From Candidatus Sumerlaeota bacterium (lineage in GTDB: Bacteria > Sumerlaeota > Sumerlaeia > SLMS01), in contig JADLAR010000017.1 of NCBI GenBank assembly GCA_020848155.1, forward strand, positions 6,554 to 70,553: DNA of 64,000 bases, in the 5' to 3' direction. Shown in pieces: positions 53,531-63,443 of this stretch. Each line of letters opens with the position of its first letter. Within the stretch, counting starts at the first letter, position 1. The notes beneath the pieces were generated by a model. That model was not told where the DNA came from. It searched no databases and saw only the letters and a program-made list of their open reading frames with translations. The position numbers were made by a program, and so were the translations under genes.

Positions 53531-55357
53531 ATGGATTTACTCGGTTTCCTTGCCGTCTCCTTCGCCATTCTTTGCATTGCCTATGTGTTCATGGGCCGGT
53601 TCCTGGCGCGGCTGTTCAAGCTCGCCAACACGAAGGACACGCCAGCCTTCACACAGCGCGACGGAATTGATTTCGAACCGGCGCGGACAAGCTACCTGCT
53701 GCCGCAGCACTTTTCAGCGATCGCGGCGGCAGGTCCCATCGTGGGGCCGATCATGGCGGGAATGTATTTCGGCTGGGGGCCAACCTGGCTGTGGCTGATC
53801 ATCGGCGCCATCTTCATCGGCGGGATTCATGACTTCACGGCGCTGATCGCAAGCATACGACATCGCGCACGATCCATTGCGGAGATCATTCGCGAGCACA
53901 TGAATCCGCGCGCGTACCTGCTTTTCCTCATCTTTGTTTGGTTTGCGCTGATCTATGTGATCATCGCCTTCACGGACGTGACGGCCGCGACGTTCGTCGC
54001 AAAGGCGAGCACCGCAAATGCAGACGCCCCAGGGCCCGGCGTCGCCACATCCTCGATCCTCTATCTTGGGACCGCGCTGGCGATGGGGCTGTGCCTCCGG
54101 AAGCTGAACCTGAAGCCCGGCATGGCGAAGCTCATCTTCCTCCCGCTGATGTTGATTGCAATCCTTGCCGGCCCGTACATCCCGATCAACCTTGAGGGCA
54201 TCGTTCCCGCCATTCGCGGATGGCTTCCCGACGGCTACAACGCGCTCCTGACAACGGACACGGGCGTTGCGCAGCGCCTTTGGGGCTACCTGCTGCTGGG
54301 TTATTGCTTCGCTGCGGCAATCGCGCCGCTGTGGTTGCTGCTTCAACCGCGCGGCGAACTGGGCGGATACTTCCTGTACCTGATCATGGTGATCGCCCTG
54401 CTCGGCATCGTGATCGGCGCATTCACGGGAACACTGCACGTCAGCCAGCCCGCGTTCAAGGGATGGACCTCGTCGTCCGGCCTTCCCCTTTTTCCCATCT
54501 TGTTCATCACCGTGGCGTGCGGCGCATGTTCCGGCTTTCACAGCATCATTGCGAGCGGAACAACAAGCAAGCAGATCGAGCGCGAGGTCGATGTGACGCC
54601 GGTGGCGTACGGTTCGATGCTGCTGGAAGCGTTCTTCTCCTGCATCAGCCTTGCAACGCTGATGGTGGTGGTGAGCCTTCCAAAGGGCGCGACACCGAAT
54701 GGAATCTACGCCGATGGAATCGCCACGTTCGCACGCGCGATCTTCGCACCGTTCAATCCCGTGAGCGGGGAAATGCACGCGGACAAGCTGTATGGAGTCT
54801 TCTACCAGTTCGCGCTGCTTTGCTTTGCAACGTTCGTGTTCGACACCCTGGATGCGTGCACGCGGCTGGCGCGCTATGTGTTGATGGAGGCGTTCGGCTG
54901 GAAGTCGGGCCGGCAGGCGGTCATTGCAACTGTCCTGTCACTCATCCTGCCCGCGTTCTTTGTTGCGATGCCACCCATCAAGGTTGGGGCAAACGTGCTC
55001 CCCTTGTGGCAGGTGTTCTGGGGAATCTTTGGCAGCAGCAACCAACTACTGGCGGCACTGACGCTGCTGGGCGTCACGGTGTGGCTGGCCCGCAGGAAGA
55101 TGGCCTGGTGGCTGACCTTCTTCCCCACCGTGTTCATGATGGTGATGACGCTGTGGAGCCTCGTGCTGAACATTCCGCCTTACCTCTCTGAAATGCGCAC
55201 AAACACGGCCACGCTCTTCTCCCACCTCAAATTCGGCATCAGCGTGATGCTGATCCTGATGTCGTGCTGGCTGATTGTGGAGGCACTGATCACCTGGCGC
55301 GGAATGCTGCAACCACCGGCAAGCCCCGCACTGGATGCGGAACCGGAACCGGCGTAG
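53531..55357 (+). CDS. cstA: Carbon starvation protein A (CstA peptide/pyruvate transporter family)
   Basis: 608 aa and polytopic; the N-terminus MDLLGFLAVSFAILCIAYVFMGRFLARLF and the internal blocks are typical of CstA. Confidence 0.9.
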   Translation: MDLLGFLAVSFAILCIAYVFMGRFLARLFKLANTKDTPAFTQRDGIDFEPARTSYLLPQHFSAIAAAGPIVGPIMAGMYFGWGPTWLWLIIGAIFIGGIHDFTALIASIRHRARSIAEIIREHMNPRAYLLFLIFVWFALIYVIIAFTDVTAATFVAKASTANADAPGPGVATSSILYLGTALAMGLCLRKLNLKPGMAKLIFLPLMLIAILAGPYIPINLEGIVPAIRGWLPDGYNALLTTDTGVAQRLWGYLLLGYCFAAAIAPLWLLLQPRGELGGYFLYLIMVIALLGIVIGAFTGTLHVSQPAFKGWTSSSGLPLFPILFITVACGACSGFHSIIASGTTSKQIEREVDVTPVAYGSMLLEAFFSCISLATLMVVVSLPKGATPNGIYADGIATFARAIFAPFNPVSGEMHADKLYGVFYQFALLCFATFVFDTLDACTRLARYVLMEAFGWKSGRQAVIATVLSLILPAFFVAMPPIKVGANVLPLWQVFWGIFGSSNQLLAALTLLGVTVWLARRKMAWWLTFFPTVFMMVMTLWSLVLNIPPYLSEMRTNTATLFSHLKFGISVMLILMSCWLIVEALITWRGMLQPPASPALDAEPEPA

Positions 55358-55428
55358 CTGACAGCATCACCCTTGCATTGAACGGCCTTTTGGGCACCAT
55401 GGGGACAATCGAACAGGAATGCACCCGC

Positions 55429-56586
55429 ATGGCAATCACGCGACGCAAGACACGACAGGTTATGCTGAAGAATACCCCCATCGGAGGGGGCGCGCCCATC
55501 AGCGTGCAGACAATGACGAAAACAGACACGCGCAACGTGGACGCGACGCTGGCGCAGTTGCATGAGTTGAAGGAAGCGGGTGTGGACATCGCGCGGCTTG
55601 CCTGCCCGGACATGAAGGCGGCGGAGGCGTTCGACCAGATCATGAAGTCGGCGCCGGTGCCGATCATCGCGGACATTCATTTCGATTACCGGCTCGCGCT
55701 GCGGGTGCTGGACGCGGGAGTGGATGGGATCCGGCTGAATCCGGGAAACCTTGCACGGAAGGATTTCCTGCCGGAGATCGTGGCGCGATGCCGCGAGCGC
55801 CGGGTGCCGATTCGCATCGGCGTGAACAACGGCTCGCTGCGGCAGGACCTGCGCCGCCGCGTGTTCGCGGGAACGATGCCCGTCGAGGAAGCGATGATCG
55901 AATCCGGGCTGGATGATATTCGCGCGATCGAGGATCTGGGATACGACCAGATCAAGCTGTCGCTCAAGGCATCCGATGTGGAGACGACGGTGCGCGTGTA
56001 TCGCCTGATGGCAAACCGCACGGATGTTCCATTTCACGTTGGCCTGACGGAAGCTGGGACGGTGCGCAGCGGCACGATCAAGAGCGCGATGGCAATCGGT
56101 GCGCTCCTGCTGGATGGGCTGTGCGACACGATCCGCGTGTCACTGACGGGCGATTCGAAGGAGGAAGTCTTCGTCGGCCAGCGGTTGCTGGCAAATGTCG
56201 GCGAGCGGAACGCGGGACCGAACCTGGTATCGTGCCCAAGCTGTGGGCGCGTGGAGATCGGGCTGGAGCGCGCGGCCCACGCCGTGGAGGAACGGCTGCG
56301 CGATTACTCGAAGGAGAACATTTCCGTCAGCGTGATGGGCTGCGCGGTGAACGGCCCCGGCGAAGGGCAGATTTCCGATTTCGGCATCGCAGGCGGGCGC
56401 GGCAAGGGGGCGATTTATCGCCTTGGGAAGGTTGTACGCGGGTGCAGGGAGGAGGAGATGGTCGATGTGCTCTTTGAGGAAATCGACAAGTGGATCGCGG
56501 CGGGAAGGCCCAAGGAGGAAATCGATCCGAGCGTGATGGAAGCGGTGCTCAACGCAAAGCCCATGAATGAAACGGCGGACGTTTAG
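55429..56586 (+). CDS. ispG: 4-hydroxy-3-methylbut-2-en-1-yl diphosphate synthase IspG (GcpE)
   Basis: Conserved GcpE blocks (PISVQTMTKTDT ... IADIHFDYRLAL ... RINPGN) and the C-terminal Cys cluster (CPSCGR ... GCAVNG). Confidence 0.9.
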   Translation: MAITRRKTRQVMLKNTPIGGGAPISVQTMTKTDTRNVDATLAQLHELKEAGVDIARLACPDMKAAEAFDQIMKSAPVPIIADIHFDYRLALRVLDAGVDGIRLNPGNLARKDFLPEIVARCRERRVPIRIGVNNGSLRQDLRRRVFAGTMPVEEAMIESGLDDIRAIEDLGYDQIKLSLKASDVETTVRVYRLMANRTDVPFHVGLTEAGTVRSGTIKSAMAIGALLLDGLCDTIRVSLTGDSKEEVFVGQRLLANVGERNAGPNLVSCPSCGRVEIGLERAAHAVEERLRDYSKENISVSVMGCAVNGPGEGQISDFGIAGGRGKGAIYRLGKVVRGCREEEMVDVLFEEIDKWIAAGRPKEEIDPSVMEAVLNAKPMNETADV

Positions 56587-56619
56587 AGCCTTTCGCCGAA
56601 TCAGGGTTCGGAATCGAAA

Positions 56620-57828
56620 TCAGTTACGTCTTCCAACCGTGTCGAAGCACACGGGGCATGGCTTGAAGCCATCCTTGTCAGCCTCGTAAATGTGGATTTT
56701 CTTCACTTGGCCGCGAAGGCGCGTGCAGCCGGGGGCGTGATAGAGTTCGTCCTTGGCATTCTCCACGATGTAGACCTGCCGGATTTCGCCCGGCTTGGGT
56801 TTTCTGGCGCTTGCCTGTGGCTGGTTGTATGCCGTCTCCGTGCGGATCTCCTGCACCGGAGTGGGAATCGCGACAAGGTCGAAGGCGAAATTTTCCTTCT
56901 CTGTCAGATCCTTGCTATTGATCCAACCCTTGCGCTGCGCGGCGGGAACCTTCATGTCCGCAGTGACGCTGTACCAGGGGACTCCGTCGACCTGCTGCAC
57001 GGCGTGCACGAAGATCATGGTTTCCGGCGGCACCTGAAGCGGTGGTGGAAGGGGCGTCGCATCAGGATTCGTTGATGGAGGCGCGGCGCGAAGAGGTGTG
57101 ACGCCACCGATCTTGTAGTAGTGATTCACCATGAACTTGTCGCGATCAGTGGGCCGCGCCTTTGTGGCTTCCTCGCGCAGGGCCTTTTCCTCCGCCGCCT
57201 TTGCCGCAGCCTGCTGCTGGGCATCAGCCATTTCGCGAAGTGCCTGGTCCGCACTGACCACCCGTGTATAGACAAATGCATACATCGGGTTGGCTGTCGT
57301 GCTTTCGCCGGCCTCCAGCAGCACCAATGTACCGTCCTTCTTCGCGACAACGTTGCCGCTGAACCCGACACGATCACCCACCTTCGCGCCTTGCAGAAGG
57401 GCAAAATCGTCGCCAGTGCCGGTGATGAGGTTCTTCTCCCCGGGTTTGGCGGGAAGGTCGGTGGCGAACAGGACGGTATTCTTCCCATCCGCACTTGTGG
57501 CGACGACGAGGTGGAATCCGTCGGAGCTGTGGGAGACCTCCTGAATGGTTCCGATCCAATTCCTGGCGGACTTGCCGACGCCCACAAATTCCTTCGCGCG
57601 GGAATTCCACTGGCGGGAGACCGCGTCGTGGTCATTGCCGAAAAGCGCCTGGAGCGCGAGCGCCTTGTGCGCGGCAAGGAAGGCCGTCTGGTCCGCAGGC
57701 ATGGCTGGGGGTGCCGCAGCGGTGGGCGCCGTTGGCGCGATCATCGCAGAGACGGGTTGTTGCGCGAAGGCGCCGGGGGCCGCCGCGAGGAGGAACAGGA
57801 TGGAAGCGAGTACGAGTGTCTTTTTCAT
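56620..57828 (-). CDS. Hypothetical secreted protein with a C-terminal Cys-pair motif
   Basis: 402 aa with a signal peptide (MKKTLVLASILFLLAAAPGAFA) and Pro/Ala-rich segments. The C-terminus carries HAPGCTR...CPVCFD, a possible Zn ribbon. Confidence 0.5.
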   Translation of the reverse strand: MKKTLVLASILFLLAAAPGAFAQQPVSAMIAPTAPTAAAPPAMPADQTAFLAAHKALALQALFGNDHDAVSRQWNSRAKEFVGVGKSARNWIGTIQEVSHSSDGFHLVVATSADGKNTVLFATDLPAKPGEKNLITGTGDDFALLQGAKVGDRVGFSGNVVAKKDGTLVLLEAGESTTANPMYAFVYTRVVSADQALREMADAQQQAAAKAAEEKALREEATKARPTDRDKFMVNHYYKIGGVTPLRAAPPSTNPDATPLPPPLQVPPETMIFVHAVQQVDGVPWYSVTADMKVPAAQRKGWINSKDLTEKENFAFDLVAIPTPVQEIRTETAYNQPQASARKPKPGEIRQVYIVENAKDELYHAPGCTRLRGQVKKIHIYEADKDGFKPCPVCFDTVGRRN

Positions 57829-58733
57829 TAGATGTTCACGGGGGCGCGCCTGCCGGCGGGACGCTGCTGCGTCCCACGCGTGCCGCGCGTGCTTATGGGA
57901 GTTCCAGTGTCATCATAGGTGGTGGCGCCGGGGCCGATGCGCATGGGGCGAATCATCGCTTCCATGTACCACTTCACACTGAAGTACTTTGCCTCGCGCA
58001 CGTCGGCAAAGTGCCAACTTTTGTTCGTCTTGCTGTAGGAAAATGCGACGATGTAAAACCTGCCGGGACCACGTTGCCCGACAACGGGAACCTCTCCGGA
58101 TTTGAAAATGGCAAGCTCCTCATCGCGATATGGCGGCAGCGGAATCCGAATCGGATAGGTGTTTTCGAAGTGCAGGCTCAATTCGCGGGAGGCTTCCATC
58201 CGCCCTTCACGCTGGAGCCGCTCGTACTCCATGGCGATGTTGCTGCGGGAGGCGGTCTCGCTGGTCTTGCTGAGGAATCGCGGTGACAGAAGCCTCACGA
58301 CCGCTTGCATGTCGTTGCGTTTCCATGCGCTGCGCCAGGTGCCGAAGGCCTTGACGGGCGTGCTCATGTCAAGGACGACGGTCCCCTTCTCCACCAGTGC
58401 CTGCACGTCCAGGATCGACCGGCGCAAGGCAGCTTCGCGCTGCTTGTTGATGACGTGGCTGATTCCGAGGTAGGCTCCCGCGATCAGGAAGATTCCGCCG
58501 ATCATGAGGACGGACTGCCGCAGGGTGCTCCTGAAGCGCCTCTTGTCGGCGGCGGCGGCCTCATCCTTCAGGCGCTGGCGGCGGGCAAAGAACCCCTCCT
58601 TGCCGCTGGCCTCCCGTTCCCTCTTCTCACGCTCCCGCTTCTCCTCGCGTTCCTTTTCGCGAATCTCCTCCGGCTTCAGCGACTCCCAGTTCCGTCGGCG
58701 GCCTTCAACAATTTTGTCGTAGTCTATGGGCAT
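57828..58733 (-). CDS. Hypothetical single-pass membrane protein with a charged REKE-repeat N-terminus
   Basis: 301 aa. The N-terminus EEIREKEREEKREREKRERE is followed by a TM helix (VLMIGGIFLIAGAYLGI) and a C-terminal extracytoplasmic domain. Confidence 0.45.
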   Translation of the reverse strand: MPIDYDKIVEGRRRNWESLKPEEIREKEREEKREREKREREASGKEGFFARRQRLKDEAAAADKRRFRSTLRQSVLMIGGIFLIAGAYLGISHVINKQREAALRRSILDVQALVEKGTVVLDMSTPVKAFGTWRSAWKRNDMQAVVRLLSPRFLSKTSETASRSNIAMEYERLQREGRMEASRELSLHFENTYPIRIPLPPYRDEELAIFKSGEVPVVGQRGPGRFYIVAFSYSKTNKSWHFADVREAKYFSVKWYMEAMIRPMRIGPGATTYDDTGTPISTRGTRGTQQRPAGRRAPVNI

Positions 58734-58787
58734 GGGAACTTTGACAGGGCAACCTTATGGGCGCAGGGATAGATCGACGACGCCCCA

Positions 58788-60458
58788 ATGGCTATGGTTT
58801 ATTGGACTCGACGCGCAGAATCAATGCTTCGATTCCTTGTAGGGCAGGAAAAACAGGCCGCCACGATGCAAAAACTTCCGTTCCCCCAGGATGATCCGCA
58901 GACGGCCGAGGCCGCATGGCAGCGGTTGCACCGTGATTTCGCCCTGGCAATGCGGGAAGTGGGGCGGGTTCGCGATGGAGGCGCGGGATCCCCGTGCCAT
59001 TCGAGGGTGGATGAGCGGATCCTGCAGGCCGTGTGGTGCGACCAGATGCTCAGGCCGGAGGCGATGCAGACGGCAAGCGGCAAGGCACTGGAAGTGATCG
59101 AGCCCGGTCGTTGGAACACGGGCCCGGGACCGGATTTTCTGGACGCCCGGATCCGCATCGCAGGGGAATTGCGCGAGGGGGACGTGGAAATTCACACGCA
59201 GTCTGGCGATTGGCAGCGCCACGGCCATCACAAGGACTTCGAGTACAATCGCGTGATCCTTCATGTGGTCCTGCAACCACAGGACGATCGGCCCTACGAA
59301 CAGAAACAAAATGGGGACCGCGCGGAGCGATGCGTGATCGCGCAGGCACTTGAGCCGGACTTGGAAACGATCCGCCGGACAGTGAACCTGTCGGAGTATC
59401 CCTACGGACGCCCGGCGGACTTGGGACTGTGCCATGATCAGTTCACCCGGCTCCCGGAGGAACAACTGACGGAGTTCCTGATGGTGGCGGGGCGTTCCCG
59501 CATGGAGGCGAAGATCAAGCGCTTCGAGGCGCAACGCGCCACAGCGTCGTTCCTGCAGGTCGCCTATCAGGCCCTGCTGACCGCCCAGGGATACAAGTCA
59601 TCCAAGACGCTGTACTTTCTCCTGGCAAAGCGTGCTCCGCTTCAGGAACTGGCAGAACATGCACGCGATTGTCCGGAATCAGAGCGTGTGGAATTCTTTC
59701 TCTCGGCGCTGCTCCACGTTGCGCAATTGGCACCGTCACAGCTTCAATTGCCTCCAGCGATTGACGAGGAAACGCGCTTGCTATCCGAACGACTGGCGAC
59801 GCTCTGGAATCCCCTGCGTCCCTACTTTGTGGATCGCCTGATCCCTCCGACAAAACGCTGGTTCCGGGGAGTGCGTCCCGCGGGTTTTCCGACGCGGCGG
59901 ATGGCGGCGGTGGCGGAACTGGCCGCAAGGCTGACGGCCCCGGGGGGCGGATTGCTGACGCAGATCGCCACGATGTTGCAGGCGACGGAATTGGACAGGC
60001 TGAACGCGAAGGAACTGCGTGCCTTCTGGAAATCGCTCCGTGGCTTGATCGTGGTTGAAGGTGGCGGAAACTACTTTTCGACACACTTCGCATTCGGTGG
60101 CAAGAAACAGGCACCACAGGCCCTGTTGGGTCAGCCCGCGGCGGAATCGCTCCTGTTCAACGTGTTCCTCCCGCTGGTCATTCTACGGGCACGCGAGCAG
60201 AAGCACACGGGACTGGAAGCACGGGCATGGCTGGCAATCCATTCGTTTCCCGCGCTGGAAAAAAACTCCATTGTGAAGTTCATGGAACGCCGGCTCTTTG
60301 GCGAGGCAATGCCGGTGACAGGGCTGCTCAAGAGGGAACTCTTTCAGCAGAGCCTGATCAAGATCTTCTCCGACTGCTGCGCGCAGAACGAACGCACCTG
60401 CGATGATTGTACGTTCCTGTCGCTTGCCGATCGCATTGCAAAAACGGGAACCACCTGA
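58788..60458 (+). CDS. DUF2851-family protein
   Basis: The block ILQAVWCDQMLRPEAMQTASGKALEVIEPGRWNTGPGPDFLDARIRIAGELREGDVEIHTQSGDWQRHGHHKD is characteristic of DUF2851. The exact start is uncertain (M1, M13 or M27). Confidence 0.65.
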   Translation: MAMVYWTRRAESMLRFLVGQEKQAATMQKLPFPQDDPQTAEAAWQRLHRDFALAMREVGRVRDGGAGSPCHSRVDERILQAVWCDQMLRPEAMQTASGKALEVIEPGRWNTGPGPDFLDARIRIAGELREGDVEIHTQSGDWQRHGHHKDFEYNRVILHVVLQPQDDRPYEQKQNGDRAERCVIAQALEPDLETIRRTVNLSEYPYGRPADLGLCHDQFTRLPEEQLTEFLMVAGRSRMEAKIKRFEAQRATASFLQVAYQALLTAQGYKSSKTLYFLLAKRAPLQELAEHARDCPESERVEFFLSALLHVAQLAPSQLQLPPAIDEETRLLSERLATLWNPLRPYFVDRLIPPTKRWFRGVRPAGFPTRRMAAVAELAARLTAPGGGLLTQIATMLQATELDRLNAKELRAFWKSLRGLIVVEGGGNYFSTHFAFGGKKQAPQALLGQPAAESLLFNVFLPLVILRAREQKHTGLEARAWLAIHSFPALEKNSIVKFMERRLFGEAMPVTGLLKRELFQQSLIKIFSDCCAQNERTCDDCTFLSLADRIAKTGTT

Positions 60459-60464
60459 TCCACG

Positions 60465-63443
60465 ATGGGAAAAGCAAGGAGACGAGAAGCAAAAGCCGCG
60501 CGATCTGCCGCTGATACGAAGCGGGTTGCAGCGTATTCGCTGTGGACCCAGGAGCCGATGGCACTGAAAGGGCTGTGGCAGGAACTACGCGCGGACAAAT
60601 GGTGGCTTCTGGGCATAACGGTTGCAGCGGCATTCATGCGATTCTTCAATTTGACACAAGCCGCGCTGTGGATGGATGAGATCGTCATCCTGGATGAGGC
60701 ATTCACGGGAAAGTTCAAGACGGTTTCATATGCGGCACATTCGGCGCACCTGATTCCGCAGGGATGGTTCCTGCATCTTTTCGGACAGAACGAATTGGGT
60801 GTCAGGTTCTGGTCCGCGCTGCTGGGAACCATGGCCATTCCTCTGATCTTCGCCTGGATGACGTGGACTGCGGGCAGGATTGCAGGACGAATTACCGCAA
60901 TTCTTGCATGCGTGAATTGCTTCCTGATTTATTACTCGCAGGACGGGAATTATTACGGGGGAATGACATTCTACACTGCGGCGATGCTCTGCGGGTTTGC
61001 CATCTTCTTCCGCGGCGCACCCTATGCAGGGTTGCTGGCCGCTGTTGTCGCGGGATTCATCAATTACAAGAATCATCCCATGGCGGCCGTGCCGGTGGCG
61101 GTCACATTGGGTGTGATGACAATTGCAAGTGTGGTTTCTCCAAGGCTGCGTAAGTCGATCTATTCAATCCACATGAACGAGTGGCGGGGACGGCCGGCGA
61201 TTCCACTCCTGCTGGCTACCGGCATTGCCGGAGCGTTCCTTGTGGCGGGCGCATGGGCGGGACTCGCGAAGTCGTTCTCGCTCTTGTCCGAACCGGGCGA
61301 AGGAACACTGAAGAACGTGGAGTGGGGGTGGGGACTGTTTTACAATCATCTGGATGCCTTTGGCAGCAACTTCTACCGTCCCGCTGAACCGTACGACGAA
61401 GCCCTCAGCCAGACCCTCAGACATGGTGAGTATGCCCTCGCCATGGCCATGTTTGTCGTCTTCATTGTCGGTTTGTTTCGGCTGGCTTGTTCCTTGAAGA
61501 AATATGATGACATTCACATCTGGCATGCGTTGCTGATTGTTCTTGTCGTCGCGGCATCCTATTATCTGCTCTTTAGCATTCAGTTGAAAAGGAACTTCTA
61601 TACGAGATATTTCACCTATCTTGTGCCGCTTTATCTCTCGGGCGTCAGCTACGCACTTGCGAGCTTTCAAAAGTGGGAAAATGGAAAGCTGCACCGATCG
61701 TTCATTGCCGCCTGTGTAACGTTCCTCTTTGCCTTTGCCTGCCTCCATTACTCCTCGATTTATCTTCTCGCCAACAAACGAAATGAGAAGGATGGCATTG
61801 TCGTTCTCAAGAAGGAATACAACAAGGGTGACAGGTTCCTGCTTCTGATCAAACAGGACAGGATCGCGGCAAATTACTATTTCGGAAAGGCAGGGCTCCC
61901 CACCCAATCACCCGTATATACAATTCTTCAGCAGCCGGACCAACCCGGCGCAATGGGCTACGCGTTTCCCTATGTCATCAATGGAATGACCAGGACATGG
62001 ATTGTGAGTGGTTGGCGATTTCCTGGGGAATGGAGCCTCTACGCATTCGTGCGGGCAGCGCTCGACGGGCGCTATTCTGGTGTTTCCAAACTTGGCGAGG
62101 ATGCTGACTTGTGGCTCAGCTATGTCTCCGGCGACGAGCGGATTGTGTATCCTGGCTTGGCCGCAATGTTTTCACTTTCAGAGGGCCGGGTCATTTCCAA
62201 AAGCATTCTTGGAAATCGCAACTGGCGCATTACGACCAGAAACTCACCCGACGGCTTTGATTTTTCCGTGCCAATGTACATCGATAACCCGCCTCCAACC
62301 ACAATGAAGGCACCCGTTGACAGGGTCATGAAATGGATACCCCACCTCAGAGACTCCACACACCTCTCTCCTGTCAATTGGCCGGAAAATTCCACTGTCA
62401 GCGAATACGGCGGTGCGCTGCGCAATCAGCGTGATGGTTCCTTTGATTTTCTTGTTTATCAGCCGGAGAACGAAACACGAAGACTCGTCATTGAAGCACC
62501 GCACCGTGACGAGAACGATCCCGTTCTAGGCAGGAACGACGAGGGACTTCCAACGATTCCTTCCGGGCTACTTATTGGCGTGTCAGCGGATGGCGTTCAC
62601 AGGGGCTTCTATGAGGTTCCTCCCGGCAATCCAAGTGACCATGTAACCATCATTCCCAAGTTGAAGCTTACACCCGGAAATCATCGTATCAGTATCAACG
62701 GACTGCAACCACGCACGGCTTACACACCCTACTTTCCTTGGGGATTGGGGGATGTACAATGGGTTAAGGAAACTTCAGTGCCTTTGAATGCAGGCCCATC
62801 CGCACCGTTTACAAAGTCCATGGAGGAAGCAGGAAGGATCAAGATCTGTCCCGGCTGGCCGACACTTCTCGCGACCGGCACGCCCGGCGAGAGGCCCACG
62901 CGGGAGTGGACCGTTGGTGAAGGGTACGAAACGATCGTCGATCCGGAATTGAAATGCGTGGCCGGCGATTCTCCAATACGGATTTCCTTCCCGCCAAAGT
63001 CACAGAAGGTCTTCACATTGCTGACGCCTGTGATGCCCGTGGAACAGGAAACGCTCGCCGTCTATACAATGTATCTGAAACTGGAAGGATTAGATGACAA
63101 CGAAGTGACGCCGGTGCACTTGTTCATCGACAAGGACGGCAGACAGATCCCCGGGGTCCTTCACGCCAATGGATCAAACCTGCGTGGGACGACGCTTGGC
63201 GTGAAGGGATGGGTGCGGCGGCAAATCACCGTCCCGGTTCCGAAGGGTGCGAAGTACATGATGGGTGGAGTGCGCGTGTACCCCGTGCCACATGGAAACA
63301 CCACGGGTGGAAAGCTGTGGATCGGCAGCGTCTTCTCCCCCGGCGCGGGGGATTTGAAGCTGAAGGACCCAATCCTGCCCGACAATTATTTCGGCGTGAG
63401 CGAAAGCACACCGCTTCCGGTGGTGGATGCAGAATCGCGATAG
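60465..63443 (+). CDS. Large polytopic membrane protein with a GT-C-like (ArnT/PMT-like) N-terminal transmembrane domain and a ~600-aa extracytoplasmic C-terminal extension
   Basis: 992 aa. There are more than 10 TM helices in the first ~400 aa, with an acidic loop motif (ALWMDEIVILDEAF). The C-terminal ~590 aa are soluble and beta-rich. Confidence 0.55.
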   Translation: MGKARRREAKAARSAADTKRVAAYSLWTQEPMALKGLWQELRADKWWLLGITVAAAFMRFFNLTQAALWMDEIVILDEAFTGKFKTVSYAAHSAHLIPQGWFLHLFGQNELGVRFWSALLGTMAIPLIFAWMTWTAGRIAGRITAILACVNCFLIYYSQDGNYYGGMTFYTAAMLCGFAIFFRGAPYAGLLAAVVAGFINYKNHPMAAVPVAVTLGVMTIASVVSPRLRKSIYSIHMNEWRGRPAIPLLLATGIAGAFLVAGAWAGLAKSFSLLSEPGEGTLKNVEWGWGLFYNHLDAFGSNFYRPAEPYDEALSQTLRHGEYALAMAMFVVFIVGLFRLACSLKKYDDIHIWHALLIVLVVAASYYLLFSIQLKRNFYTRYFTYLVPLYLSGVSYALASFQKWENGKLHRSFIAACVTFLFAFACLHYSSIYLLANKRNEKDGIVVLKKEYNKGDRFLLLIKQDRIAANYYFGKAGLPTQSPVYTILQQPDQPGAMGYAFPYVINGMTRTWIVSGWRFPGEWSLYAFVRAALDGRYSGVSKLGEDADLWLSYVSGDERIVYPGLAAMFSLSEGRVISKSILGNRNWRITTRNSPDGFDFSVPMYIDNPPPTTMKAPVDRVMKWIPHLRDSTHLSPVNWPENSTVSEYGGALRNQRDGSFDFLVYQPENETRRLVIEAPHRDENDPVLGRNDEGLPTIPSGLLIGVSADGVHRGFYEVPPGNPSDHVTIIPKLKLTPGNHRISINGLQPRTAYTPYFPWGLGDVQWVKETSVPLNAGPSAPFTKSMEEAGRIKICPGWPTLLATGTPGERPTREWTVGEGYETIVDPELKCVAGDSPIRISFPPKSQKVFTLLTPVMPVEQETLAVYTMYLKLEGLDDNEVTPVHLFIDKDGRQIPGVLHANGSNLRGTTLGVKGWVRRQITVPVPKGAKYMMGGVRVYPVPHGNTTGGKLWIGSVFSPGAGDLKLKDPILPDNYFGVSESTPLPVVDAESR